A stretch of 64,000 nt of DNA from Acidobacteriota bacterium (lineage in GTDB: Bacteria; Acidobacteriota; UBA6911). The stretch's first letter is position 1. Every line of letters begins with the position of its first letter. The notes below the pieces were generated by a model. It searched no databases. It was not told the origin of the DNA and saw nothing but the letters and a program-made list of their open reading frames with translations. Shown here piece after piece: positions 9,520 through 19,451 of this stretch. The translations under genes and the position numbers were made by a program. Location: contig OY761556.1 in assembly GCA_963664705.1 (NCBI GenBank), forward strand, positions 480,001-544,000, in the 5' to 3' direction.

Positions 9520-11436
9520 CTAGTAGTTGACTGAAGTATCCAGCGCCTTCTGATTTACCTTGATTTTTCCCGCCTTCTCCATGGTTTCCATCTGCTTGCG
9601 GACATAGTCCTGGAAATACGGATCCTGGTAGGATTCGAGCAATTTATCTGTCAGCTCTGTCTTCTGTTTCTGGAAGGCTGCTTCGTCAAACGGCGTGCGG
9701 GATTTCACCTGAATGACGGTTTCGTTGTCCAGCAATGGGATCGGAGCGCTTACAGCCCCGGGCGCCAGATCAAAAGCGGCCTTGGTGAATGCCGAATTGG
9801 CGCCGATTTCCGCTCCGGGATTCCCGGTGATGTTGAACGGCTGACTTGTCTTGACCGTCAGTCCCATCGATTTCGCCGCTTTTTCGAGACTGCCTTGCTT
9901 GGCGGCTTCTTCTGAAAGCTTTTGAGTCGCTTCCCGCATCAGCTCGTTTGCCTTTGCGTCGGCAAAATCTTTCTCTACCAGGCTCCGCGATTCGGCAAAT
10001 TCGCCGGGCCTGGGCATTTGTACCTCGAGCAACTTGGGTATCGCATATCCAATCTGGATCTCAACCGCTTTCCCGGTCGAGTTGATCTGCTTCAGCGCAA
10101 AGATTTCATCGCGCAGTTCTCCGGAGATGCCGAAATCGAACGGGTTGTCGTCATTCTTCATCAAAGGAGTTTCCTTTACCTCTGCTGCTGTGCCGATTTC
10201 CTTGGCGACCTGTGCCAGATCCTTCTGCTTTTGCGCAAGTGTGGCGGCCTGATCCGCCTTTTGTTTTGCCAACTCCTTGGCCTTTTTCAGCTGAATGCTC
10301 GCGACCAGGTTCGCGCGACTCGATTGAAGGGTAGGGGTTTCGTGCGCCAGAACTTTAATAATATGGAATCCGTATTGAGATCTCACCAGTCCGGAAATCT
10401 CCCCGGGTTTCAGCGCGAAAGCCGCATCTTCGAACTCCTTTACCATCTGCCCGCGCTTGAATGAACCAAGCCCACCGCCCTGGCCGGCGCTGCCCGTGTC
10501 TTCAGAGTATTTCTTTGCGAGAGTCGCGAAGTCCTGCCCGGATTTGGCTTGTTTTAGAACCGCTTCTGCTTTGGCTTTGACTTCGGCTTCCTTGGATGGA
10601 TCATCGACCTTGAAGAGGATATGGGCCGCATCTACGGTCTCGTCATGCGGACGCTGATTCCATTCAGCAAGGATTTCCTGTTCCGTGGCTCCTGCGGTCG
10701 ACAGCAGGGGAGCAATCGGAATCACCAGGTATTGGGCGCGGCGTTTTTCCTTTAGCTTATAGTTGGTCTTGTGTGCATCAAAATAGGCCTTGAGATCCGC
10801 ATCCGCCGGCTTGACCTTTTTTTTGAAATCGTCCTTTTTCAGAATCACAAAGTCGACGACCGTCTGCTGATTATTGCGGGTAAATTCATCTCTCAGTTCG
10901 CCGTCGCTTACTCGCATGGAATCTGTAATGACCGCACGCAGTTTTCTGGTCAGCTGCGACGTCCTGACTTCTTCCTCGAAATCCTGGACGGAGATGTTAT
11001 TGGCCTGGAGGAGCGCCTTATATTGCTCCACACCGATAAACTTGCCCTGATCCTGGAAAGATGGATGGCTTTCCACAACCTGCCGGACTTCTTCCGGAGT
11101 CACGTCGATTCCCATTCGCTTGGCAATGATCTCGACCACCTTCTGCGTGATCAGGCTGTCGAGCACCTGTCTGGGAACTCCCATGGCTTTCAGCACTGCG
11201 GGGTCGACATTGTTTCTCCCGCCATTGCTGTAATTGCGGATCACCCGACGATACGCCTCGGCGTAGGTCTGGATAGGGATGGACTGGCCATCGACCGTGG
11301 CGGCCGATGTATCCGTAGCCACTGTCCCCATATTCATTCCAGGCACGAAGAATAGCAACATGCCGAGGGCCAAGCTGAAAATGACAAGCCAAAGGACGAT
11401 TTTTAGCCGCTGTTTGCGGCGCATTATATCCAGCAT
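9520..11436 (-). CDS. ppiD: PpiD/SurA-like membrane-anchored parvulin peptidyl-prolyl isomerase
   Basis: N-terminal TM helix, SurA_N-like domain, parvulin motifs AAHIL, FATLAKKYSED, GGGLG, MVKEFEDAAF, YGFHII. Confidence 0.88.
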   Translation of the reverse strand: MLDIMRRKQRLKIVLWLVIFSLALGMLLFFVPGMNMGTVATDTSAATVDGQSIPIQTYAEAYRRVIRNYSNGGRNNVDPAVLKAMGVPRQVLDSLITQKVVEIIAKRMGIDVTPEEVRQVVESHPSFQDQGKFIGVEQYKALLQANNISVQDFEEEVRTSQLTRKLRAVITDSMRVSDGELRDEFTRNNQQTVVDFVILKKDDFKKKVKPADADLKAYFDAHKTNYKLKEKRRAQYLVIPIAPLLSTAGATEQEILAEWNQRPHDETVDAAHILFKVDDPSKEAEVKAKAEAVLKQAKSGQDFATLAKKYSEDTGSAGQGGGLGSFKRGQMVKEFEDAAFALKPGEISGLVRSQYGFHIIKVLAHETPTLQSSRANLVASIQLKKAKELAKQKADQAATLAQKQKDLAQVAKEIGTAAEVKETPLMKNDDNPFDFGISGELRDEIFALKQINSTGKAVEIQIGYAIPKLLEVQMPRPGEFAESRSLVEKDFADAKANELMREATQKLSEEAAKQGSLEKAAKSMGLTVKTSQPFNITGNPGAEIGANSAFTKAAFDLAPGAVSAPIPLLDNETVIQVKSRTPFDEAAFQKQKTELTDKLLESYQDPYFQDYVRKQMETMEKAGKIKVNQKALDTSVNY

Positions 11437-11474
11437 AGGAAAGAACCCGCCTCCGTTCGTGAGTAAAGGGTGGA

Positions 11475-11483
11475 ATTATAGCA
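11475..11483 (-). promoter_or_regulatory. Extended -10 promoter for ppiD
   Basis: Minus strand TGCTATAAT about 40 nt upstream of the start. Confidence 0.6.
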
Positions 11484-11727
11484 CAAGCAGCAATTAGGCG
11501 ACGCTATCCTATTTTTCATTTTCAGCGCGAACTTTCAAGAGCCTGCCGCGGGCACCAGAGCCTCGCGGGCAAGGTATGGCCGCTTCCACGACGCTAATGC
11601 AGCCGTCCCGTCCAACGCCATATACTATTTGTTCAAAGCCCTGTGATGCGAATAACGCACCAGGCCCTCCCGGGGCTGATATGCATCGCTGGGCTGCCCG
11701 CATCTGATAATACCGTAAGGGTTTCCT

Positions 11728-11756
11728 TTGGTTATTTTTTGTGAGGATTATATAAT
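11728..11756 (+). promoter_or_regulatory. Putative sigma70 promoter for the FecR-like/DGC/mre unit
   Basis: TTGGTT-N17-TATAAT. Confidence 0.45.
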
Positions 11757-11942
11757 AAACCACCCCTGATTTTCCGATGAGAGTCGGGAGAGCATGTTCT
11801 TGTGTCAGAATGCTTCTGTCCATGTGTCTCTGCCCCCGAATTCGGTTCTATTGTGCGGAGGCTTTCAACCCGTTTTTTGGTTGTTTTAAAAATGCTTAAA
11901 CTCCAGGGTGGCCCTGAGTCCAATCCCGCCGTGGCCGGGCAA

Positions 11943-12620
11943 ATGAAGAAATTGTTATTGGCGGGTTTTGCAATTCTGGTTGGAATTGCTTTATTGGGTA
12001 TTGGCGTCTATTTCAGTCTGCACCGAGGGAGCAAAGCCTCCGAAAAGATGCCGGCTCAACCCCCGGTTGCTGAACTTATCTCTGCCAGCGGCATGATCCT
12101 GGTTCAAACTCCGGGGAATCCTGAATGGCGCGAAGTAAAGACAGGAGCTCGCTTTAGTGAAGGAGATCTGGTTCGTACCGACAGCGCCGGCGATGCGGGA
12201 ATACAGTACAAAAATGGGACTGTTGTTACAATTCCTCGGAACACGGTCATGACGGTTCGCAAATCTGCAGGGAATGAAATGGAGATAGCGGTTTCTCCGG
12301 ATGCAACCATGCCGCCACTGCTGCTGTCTGATGAAAAAGGCAACCCGAAGTCGGGCAAAGGACCCTTTATTGAATTGCATCAGATCATACCCTTCGGGAA
12401 AAGTCTGGAGCTAATCGGTCGCGTGGAAACGGGAAGCAGCCTTTTGATAAATGGCGAAATAGCGGATGTGACAGCGGAAGGACAGTTCAAGCATTTTACC
12501 AAGCCGTTTCCCTCGTCGGTGGATATTGTGCACTTGAATCTTAAAGTTACGGATCTGGCTGGAAGGACTCATACGTACACCGCGATTCACGATTTCCGAA
12601 CCTATGGTGGAGCGAACTGA
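11943..12620 (+). CDS. Membrane-anchored or exported protein with FecR-like beta domain and C-terminal Ig-like domain
   Basis: MKK plus hydrophobic helix; W..VKTG..FSEGDLVRT...A.I.Y.NGT.V.I..NT (FecR-like); GRVETGSSLLING....V..EGQF...VTDLAG (Ig-like). Start could also be 11892. Confidence 0.6.
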   Translation: MKKLLLAGFAILVGIALLGIGVYFSLHRGSKASEKMPAQPPVAELISASGMILVQTPGNPEWREVKTGARFSEGDLVRTDSAGDAGIQYKNGTVVTIPRNTVMTVRKSAGNEMEIAVSPDATMPPLLLSDEKGNPKSGKGPFIELHQIIPFGKSLELIGRVETGSSLLINGEIADVTAEGQFKHFTKPFPSSVDIVHLNLKVTDLAGRTHTYTAIHDFRTYGGAN

Positions 12621-12621
12621 T

Positions 12622-14022
12622 ATGGTTGATCCGCCAAAGATCGGAATCATCTATCGAGAGACTCCTCCTCGGCTCCTGGTAGAAGTTTCCGAAAAGGGAT
12701 CCATGCCGTGGGCGGTCGAATTCTTTCCGGAAAATACGATCCTGAACGGCCCTATCGCTCCTTCAAAACAATACCTGGCGGTTCTATATCCTTTCGCCAA
12801 TAAAACTGCTGATATCGAGAGGCACCTGTCCAACCTGTTCCCAGGGGCAGAAATTGTCGGATACCTGAACTCGGAAGACCGGCATCCCGGAAGTTTTTCC
12901 AAAACGGAAGATGGACAACTGGTGCTGCAGCTCCCGATGCCCATGCCTCTCGTCCGATATTTGATGGACAGTTTTTTCACGGCCCGCACACAGCGGAGGG
13001 AACTGATTCAAGCCCAGCGACGCGTCGATGATATCCGGGATTTCTTTGAGGCGTTCGCCAATACCGTCGATTCCTCCTCGAGCACCAATGACCGTAAACT
13101 CGGAATGAGCCTGCTGATCAACAAGATCCTGTCGCACATACAGGCCGAAGAGTGCATCCTGTATCTATTTGGAGAAAGCGGCGGGACACTGCAGCGTGCC
13201 TATAGTACGGGCAATATCAAAGATATAGACCTGTTTGAGCAGCGGGCAAACGGTTCGATTGTGGAGAAGGTGCTAAGCGGCGGGACTCCATACGTGAATA
13301 ACAGCTATTCCTTCGAGTTGAGGGTTCCTTTCAGCAAGGAAAGCGTGTTCATTAAGTCGATTCTCTGCTATCCGCTTGTACATAAAGGAGAAAAGATAGG
13401 TGCTATTGAACTGATCAACAAAGCCTCCGGCGTTTTCACCCCCGAGGACCAGTCTCTGATTGAGATGATGCTCAATCCCCTTGCCATTGCCGTCCGAACG
13501 GTGGAAATGTTTGAAAGTGCTGAACGATTGACGATAACTGACGATTTGACTAAACTTTACAACTATCGATACCTCATGACCTATCTTGAGGCGGACGTTA
13601 AGCGTTGCTTGCGCTACAAGAAAAAAGTATCTTTGCTCTTCATAGATGTTGATGGATTTAAGAGGATCAACGATACTTTCGGACATCTGGTTGGAAGTCA
13701 AGCTCTCGCCGAGATGGGTCAGGTCTTTAGAAGAATCGTTCGTGAAACCGATGTCGTCGGAAGATATGGAGGAGACGAGTTTGTGATTGTTCTGCCGGAA
13801 ACCCCTTTGAATGGGGCGATGGTGATAGCAGAGCGGATCCGGAAAAAAGTAGAAGAGTGTGAGTTTGTTGCCCAGAACTTGAGCATACGTCTTACCGTAA
13901 GTCTGGGAGTCGCAAATTGCCCGAAACACACCCTTACCGCTGAAGGGCTTATCAAGAAGGCCGATGCCGCCATGTACCGGGCCAAGGAGCTTTCCAAGAA
14001 CAGCATCAAAGTCGCCGTTTAG
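12622..14022 (+). CDS. GAF-GGDEF diguanylate cyclase
   Basis: GAF (ILCYPL...IGAIELINK..G.FTPED), TDDLTKLYN, FKRINDTFGH, I-site RETD, intact RYGGDEF, ADAAMY.AK. Confidence 0.93.
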   Translation: MVDPPKIGIIYRETPPRLLVEVSEKGSMPWAVEFFPENTILNGPIAPSKQYLAVLYPFANKTADIERHLSNLFPGAEIVGYLNSEDRHPGSFSKTEDGQLVLQLPMPMPLVRYLMDSFFTARTQRRELIQAQRRVDDIRDFFEAFANTVDSSSSTNDRKLGMSLLINKILSHIQAEECILYLFGESGGTLQRAYSTGNIKDIDLFEQRANGSIVEKVLSGGTPYVNNSYSFELRVPFSKESVFIKSILCYPLVHKGEKIGAIELINKASGVFTPEDQSLIEMMLNPLAIAVRTVEMFESAERLTITDDLTKLYNYRYLMTYLEADVKRCLRYKKKVSLLFIDVDGFKRINDTFGHLVGSQALAEMGQVFRRIVRETDVVGRYGGDEFVIVLPETPLNGAMVIAERIRKKVEECEFVAQNLSIRLTVSLGVANCPKHTLTAEGLIKKADAAMYRAKELSKNSIKVAV

Positions 14023-14027
14023 GAATT

Positions 14028-15053
14028 ATGAATTTACGATCATTATTCGGTTTTTTTTCAAGTGATTTGGCAATTGATCTGGGAACTGCCAACACTCTTG
14101 TCTACGCCAAGGGCCGTGGAATTGTGGTGAATGAGCCCTCTATTGTGGCGCTGGACCGAACCAGCAAGAAGGTTCTTGCGGTCGGGCACGAAGCCAAGGA
14201 AATGCTTGGTAGAACGCCCGCCGACATCGTGGCCGTGAAACCGATGAAGGATGGTGTGATTGCCGATTTCGACGTGACAGAAGTCATGTTGAAATACTTT
14301 ATTAAAGAGGCTCACAGCCGCAACCACCTTCTTAGCCCCCGTATCGTTATCGGCATTCCATCGGAAATTACTCAGGTGGAAAAGCGCGCGGTGCAGGAAT
14401 CTGCCTTGCGGGCGAAAGCCAGCGAGGTTTACCTGGTCGAGCAGGCCATTGTTGCCGCGATCGGTGCCGGGATGCCAATTACCGAGGCGTGCGGCAACAT
14501 GATTGTGGATATCGGTGGGGGCACGACCGACATTGCGGTGATCTCGCTCTCCGGTATCGTGTACAGCCGTTCGGTTCGGGTTGCCGGGAACGAAATGGAT
14601 GAAGCCATCATCCAGTACATCAAACGCAAGCACAACCTGCTCATCGGCGAACGCACCGCGGAGACCATCAAAATGCAGTTGGGTTCCGCTGGCCCGCTGG
14701 ATAGGCCGATGACAATGGAAATAAAAGGGCGTAACCTTATCGAAGGAGTGCCCAAGACTATCACGGTCACAGACGAGGAGATTCGCGAAGCTCTGAGCGA
14801 CAGTATCGCCATCCTCATCAATGCGATCAAAGTTGCGCTTGAACGGACTCCTCCCGAACTCTCGGCAGACATCATGGATCGCGGGATTGTTCTGACGGGC
14901 GGGGGCGCTCTGCTGAAAAGATTCGACAAGCGGCTGGCATCGGAAACAGGTCTGCCTGTATTCGTTGCCGAAGATCCGCTGTCGTCCGTGGTTTTGGGTA
15001 CCAGCAAAATGCTGACGGACCTGAAGCTGTTCCGGAGAATCTGTGTCCAGTGA
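14028..15053 (+). CDS. mreB: Rod shape-determining protein MreB
   Basis: AIDLGTANT, DGVIADF, VDIGGGTTD, LERTPPEL, LTGGGALL. Confidence 0.98.
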   Translation: MNLRSLFGFFSSDLAIDLGTANTLVYAKGRGIVVNEPSIVALDRTSKKVLAVGHEAKEMLGRTPADIVAVKPMKDGVIADFDVTEVMLKYFIKEAHSRNHLLSPRIVIGIPSEITQVEKRAVQESALRAKASEVYLVEQAIVAAIGAGMPITEACGNMIVDIGGGTTDIAVISLSGIVYSRSVRVAGNEMDEAIIQYIKRKHNLLIGERTAETIKMQLGSAGPLDRPMTMEIKGRNLIEGVPKTITVTDEEIREALSDSIAILINAIKVALERTPPELSADIMDRGIVLTGGGALLKRFDKRLASETGLPVFVAEDPLSSVVLGTSKMLTDLKLFRRICVQ

Positions 15054-15915
15054 ACTTCCGTCAAATGGGAACAGGGAACGGGCAGTATTGGTCACTGTGC
15101 CGCTGCTCATTCTGCATCTTGCGCTTCTTTCTCTGCAAATCCAGGGGCCTTCGGGAACATTGCTGTTTCGTTCGTGGACGCTCACAGCCCAGGCGCCTTT
15201 GGTTGCCGTTTCTACCGCCATTACCCACGGAATCCGGAATATGTGGAGCAGCTATATCTGGCTTGCAGGCGCGCGAGCCGAGAATGAGCAGCTCAGGGAA
15301 ACGGTGCGCAAGCTGTCGCTGGTGAACAGTTCTTATGAGCAGGAGCGGAAGGAGAATGTCCGGCTGAGACAACTGCTTTCCATAACAGCGGCCGTTTCTA
15401 CCAGGACGGTCGGGGCTCATGTTGTGGCGCGCACTCCGAGTTTCCTGTCGAATGTCATTTATATCGACCGTGGAACTGATGACGGCGTGCGGATTGATCA
15501 GCCGGTAATATCGGGCCACGGGATCGTGGGCCGAACGGTCCTGGTGACGAAGCATCAGTCTCAGGTGCAGTTGATCAGCAATCCGGATGCTTCTGTCGGC
15601 GTTATGCTTGAAAGCTCGCGAACCCCCGGAGTGCTGAAGGGGATTGGGGATTTCGTGATGGCGCTGGATTACATCGGGAATTCGGAGCCGGTTGAAAACG
15701 GAGATGTTGTGCTGACCTCCGGGATGGACGGCATTTATCCAAAAGGGCTGGCGATAGGCAAGGTAGTTGAATCCCAAAAGGGAAAGGGCGTATTTCGCAC
15801 TATCAAGGTTCAGCCTTATATTGATTTCATGAGAATCGAAGAAGTCTCGGTGATCCTGAGCGCCATAACTTTACCTGATGATATGGTCGGGCCTCGATTG
15901 CCCGTGACAAAATAG
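15043..15915 (+). CDS. mreC: Rod shape-determining protein MreC
   Basis: TM helix, coiled coil (ENEQLR..ENVRLRQLL), IDRG..DGV, GDVVLTSG.DGIYPKGL.IG; position after mreB. Confidence 0.93.
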   Translation: MSSELPSNGNRERAVLVTVPLLILHLALLSLQIQGPSGTLLFRSWTLTAQAPLVAVSTAITHGIRNMWSSYIWLAGARAENEQLRETVRKLSLVNSSYEQERKENVRLRQLLSITAAVSTRTVGAHVVARTPSFLSNVIYIDRGTDDGVRIDQPVISGHGIVGRTVLVTKHQSQVQLISNPDASVGVMLESSRTPGVLKGIGDFVMALDYIGNSEPVENGDVVLTSGMDGIYPKGLAIGKVVESQKGKGVFRTIKVQPYIDFMRIEEVSVILSAITLPDDMVGPRLPVTK

Positions 15916-15923
15916 CGCGTTCT

Positions 15924-16412
15924 ATGAAATACCTGTTCCTCGCAGTGTCATCTTTTCTGGCCATCGTCGCGCAGATGATTGCGGGGGATAATTTCTTTCT
16001 GTTTAATTTCCTGGATCTGTCATTGATCCTGGTTGCCTATTGGGCCATCTACCGGAGTCGTATGCAGGCTCTCTTTGTAGGCTCGCTTGCAGGGCTTCTT
16101 CTGGATGCGGCCATGGGCTGGCCCCTGGGCTACAACGGGTTCGGGAAAACACTGGCTGCTTTCGCGATTGGCCAGTGCTGGAAAAGGTTCAATACCGGCG
16201 ATCAGCTCTGGGTGCGGTTTTCCATTATTGCCGCTTCCTCGTGCCTGAGTTCGCTGAGCATGTACCTTCTCTTCTGGCTTATGCAACGGTCTTCAAGCCG
16301 GATTTTCCTGGGTGCGTCCGCGTTGCAGGCTTTCATTACAGCCTCCATTGCGGTTATCATTTTTGCGGGCCTGGAAAACTACAAAAAAACACAAACTCAT
16401 AAAGCGCACTGA
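15924..16412 (+). CDS. mreD: Rod shape-determining protein MreD
   Basis: Hydrophobic 162 aa, GLLLD motif, between mreC and mrdA. Confidence 0.85.
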   Translation: MKYLFLAVSSFLAIVAQMIAGDNFFLFNFLDLSLILVAYWAIYRSRMQALFVGSLAGLLLDAAMGWPLGYNGFGKTLAAFAIGQCWKRFNTGDQLWVRFSIIAASSCLSSLSMYLLFWLMQRSSSRIFLGASALQAFITASIAVIIFAGLENYKKTQTHKAH

Positions 16413-16420
16413 GCGAATCT

Positions 16421-18268
16421 GTGGTATTGCAGCAGGAAACCAATCGACAACTCATACAGCAAAGATTGAACCTGTTCCGCATTCCGGTTCTGCTGGTTTT
16501 CCTTATCCTGGCGGCGCGTCTCTGGCAGCTCCAGATTATTCAGGGCGCGGAGTATGCGCTGAGAGCCGAGCACAACCGCATTCGCACAATTGAACTGATT
16601 GCGCCGCGAGGCAATATTGCCGATCGCAACAACATACCCCTGGTCGAGAATCGCCCTTCTTTTGACGTCCTTCTCTATCGCGAAGCGATGAAGAATAAGG
16701 CCGACACGATGCGGTTCCTGACCGAAAAACTCCGCCTGAATCCGGAGGACGTGGAATCCAGGCTTCGTCGCAATAAAGGGACGGGACTGTATCGCCCTAT
16801 TCTTCTAAGAGAAGATGCTGGGATGGAAGACATCTCCATCATAGAGGCGCACAGGCGGGATCATCCCGAAATCCAACTGGGTCCGGAGCCTCGCCGGCTA
16901 TACCGGTACGGCAAAATGGCCGCGCATCTCATCGGATACGTTGGAGAGATCAATGAGCAGGACCTGTCTTCCGGTATGTTTGCCGGTGCTACATCGGGCT
17001 CTCTCGTGGGGCATGCCGGGATTGAACGTTATTATAATCAGCTCCTGAGCGGGCAGGATGGTGTGCGACAGGTGCTGGTCGATAGCGTCGGAAGAGAAGT
17101 CGGACTCGTTGAAGAGAAAGCCTCGGTCATCGGCGGCGAGATCCAGCTGACGCTGGATCTGGATCTTCAATCGGTGGCTGAGAAAGCCCTTGAGGGCAAA
17201 GTCGGCGCTGTTATTGCCATGGATCCGAGAAATGGCGAAATTCTCGCCATGGCTAGTGCCCCTTCGTATAATCTCAATGAGTTTTCTCCCCATATCTCGG
17301 CCGATGCCTGGAGCTTGTTGCGCAACGATCCTGACCGGCCAATGCAGAATAGAGCGATTCAGAATAGTTATTCTCCCGGTTCCGTATTCAAGCTGATCAT
17401 GGCGGATGCAGGACTTGAGGAAGGGTTGCTGGATGATGATCCGGCTGTCCTTTGCACGGGCGCGGTGACGTATTATGGTCGCGTTTTCCATTGTCATGGC
17501 GGAAAGGGTCATGGAACCGTGCGTCTTGAGCAGGCCATTGCCAAATCCTGCAATACTTTCTTTTACGAACTGGGCCGGAGATTGGGCATTTCGAAAATCG
17601 CCGAGCACGCGCACGCCCTGGGATTGGGCGAGAAAACCGGCATTGATTTGCCCGGAGAGCGCAACGGAGTCATGCCCAGTCCCGAATGGAAACAGGCGAC
17701 GCGCCATGCTAAATGGTTTGCAGGGGAGACGATCTCCGTTTCGATCGGGCAGGGAGCTGTCAGTACGACGCCCATGCAGGTGCTGCGCGCAGTGAGCGCT
17801 ATTGCCACGGGAGGGCATTTGACAACTCCGCACGTGCTTTTGCGGGCTGAAAAGATGTCGAGCGGCGCACCTCAATGGGCTGCCCAGCAGATCCCGATCG
17901 GAGAGGAGCGCGCCAACAGAATCCGCCAGGGCATGTGGGGAAGCGTGAACGGTGGTGGTACGGGCTATAATGCCGCAATCCCCGGACGGGATATCTGCGG
18001 CAAGACGGGAACGGTCCAGGTCATCGGGAACGAGAACAAAAAGCAGGCATCCCGGGATGACGTCGAGGATCATTCCTGGTTTGCGGGTTTTGGGAGCAGA
18101 GATAATCCCGAAATTGCGGTGGTGGCGTTCGTCGAGCATGGAGGTATGGGAGGAGTCGCGGCCGCACCCATCGCCAAGCAGATCTTTGCCGCTTATTACG
18201 AGAAACGCAAGCCGGCCTCGATTACCGGCAACCCGTCGCCTGCTCTTGGGGCAATGGCGCAAAGGTAA
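16421..18268 (+). CDS. mrdA: Penicillin-binding protein 2
   Basis: APRG.I.DRN, PGSVFK (SxxK), SCN (SxN), GKTGT (KTG). Confidence 0.96.
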   Translation: MVLQQETNRQLIQQRLNLFRIPVLLVFLILAARLWQLQIIQGAEYALRAEHNRIRTIELIAPRGNIADRNNIPLVENRPSFDVLLYREAMKNKADTMRFLTEKLRLNPEDVESRLRRNKGTGLYRPILLREDAGMEDISIIEAHRRDHPEIQLGPEPRRLYRYGKMAAHLIGYVGEINEQDLSSGMFAGATSGSLVGHAGIERYYNQLLSGQDGVRQVLVDSVGREVGLVEEKASVIGGEIQLTLDLDLQSVAEKALEGKVGAVIAMDPRNGEILAMASAPSYNLNEFSPHISADAWSLLRNDPDRPMQNRAIQNSYSPGSVFKLIMADAGLEEGLLDDDPAVLCTGAVTYYGRVFHCHGGKGHGTVRLEQAIAKSCNTFFYELGRRLGISKIAEHAHALGLGEKTGIDLPGERNGVMPSPEWKQATRHAKWFAGETISVSIGQGAVSTTPMQVLRAVSAIATGGHLTTPHVLLRAEKMSSGAPQWAAQQIPIGEERANRIRQGMWGSVNGGGTGYNAAIPGRDICGKTGTVQVIGNENKKQASRDDVEDHSWFAGFGSRDNPEIAVVAFVEHGGMGGVAAAPIAKQIFAAYYEKRKPASITGNPSPALGAMAQR

Positions 18269-18276
18269 GTTGCGTA

Positions 18277-19371
18277 ATGATCAAGATAGATCAACGATTG
18301 ATTTTAAGCTTCGACTGGTTGTGGTTTCTGGCCATTCTTCTGCTCTCGGCCGCGGGAGTGGCCGCAATCTGGAGCACTACCGATGGAACAAGCCTTAACT
18401 CCTATTTCGGGAAGCAGATCGTTTATCTTGCCTGCGGATTGCTGGTTTTCCTGACGCTGCTGTATTTTGACTATCACCTCTTTTCGGATTTCATAACATT
18501 CATCTACGTGGCCGGACTCGCAGTATTGGGGCTGGTTTTGATAATCGGTCGCACCATCCATGCGAACAAAAGCTGGATTAGCCTGGGATTCTTTTCATTT
18601 CAGCCTTCGGAAATTGTAAAGATCGTTGTTATCATCGCACTGGCGAAATACTACTCCGAGCTTGAACGGGAGCATCTGGGCGCTCGCGAGTTGCTGACGG
18701 GAGGCGCCATTGTTCTTGTTCCGGTGATGCTTGTAATCCTGCAGGGAGACCTGGGGACTGCGATTACCTTCTTTCCGATCTATGCAGTCCTGACCTGCCT
18801 GGCCGGCATAACAAAAAAGCATCTGCTGGTTATCCTGGCCATTGCTATTGCAGCGGCTCCCATTGCATGGTTTCAGATGAAGGGGTATAGGCAGGGACGC
18901 ATTGAAACGGTTTTTAATCCCGAGGGGGATGCCCTTGGGTTGGGTTATCAGACAAGACAGTCTGAAATTGCAATTGGTTCGGGCCGCTTGCTCGGTAAGG
19001 GATTCAAGCAGGGATCCCAGGGGCACCTCGGATTTCTTCCAGCGCGGCATACAGATTTTGTTTTCGCGGTCCTGGCCGAAGAAAAGGGATTCGTTGGAGG
19101 AATCTCGATTCTGGGGCTTTTCCTTTTTGTTTCGTACCGACTTTTCCGGACGGCACGGGAGGCGAAAGACAAAATCGGATCCATGATTGTGGTGGGAGTA
19201 TTGTCCGTGCTTCTATTCCACGTCATCATCAACCTGGGGATGGTGGAAGGATTGCTCCCGATTATCGGGATACCGCTGCCCTTTGTCAGCGCCGGCGGTT
19301 CCTCTCTGATATCTTATTTTGCCGCGATGAGCCTTTGCATGGGCATCCGGATGAGGCGATATGTGAATTAG
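18277..19371 (+). CDS. rodA: SEDS peptidoglycan polymerase RodA
   Basis: FQPSEIVK, QGDLGT, GYQ..QS.IAIGSG, FLP.RHTDF.F, G.PLPFVS.GGSS. Confidence 0.96.
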   Translation: MIKIDQRLILSFDWLWFLAILLLSAAGVAAIWSTTDGTSLNSYFGKQIVYLACGLLVFLTLLYFDYHLFSDFITFIYVAGLAVLGLVLIIGRTIHANKSWISLGFFSFQPSEIVKIVVIIALAKYYSELEREHLGARELLTGGAIVLVPVMLVILQGDLGTAITFFPIYAVLTCLAGITKKHLLVILAIAIAAAPIAWFQMKGYRQGRIETVFNPEGDALGLGYQTRQSEIAIGSGRLLGKGFKQGSQGHLGFLPARHTDFVFAVLAEEKGFVGGISILGLFLFVSYRLFRTAREAKDKIGSMIVVGVLSVLLFHVIINLGMVEGLLPIIGIPLPFVSAGGSSLISYFAAMSLCMGIRMRRYVN

Positions 19372-19451
19372 TCGTTCCGGTTTGGTGCTCGGGATTACTG
19401 CCCGCCGGCATCAGCTATAACCGAAAACTGAAGACTTGTGATTAGGAACAC

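Noticed and set aside
11509-11823. 104-aa minus-strand ORF upstream of ppiD
   Set aside because: No recognisable features and it overlaps promoter-like sequence.
14058-15221. 387-aa antisense ORF over mreB/mreC
   Set aside because: Shadow frame of a conserved gene in GC-rich DNA; no motif recognised.
16898-18262. 454-aa antisense ORF over mrdA
   Set aside because: Lies wholly opposite mrdA in the mirror frame; no recognisable domain.
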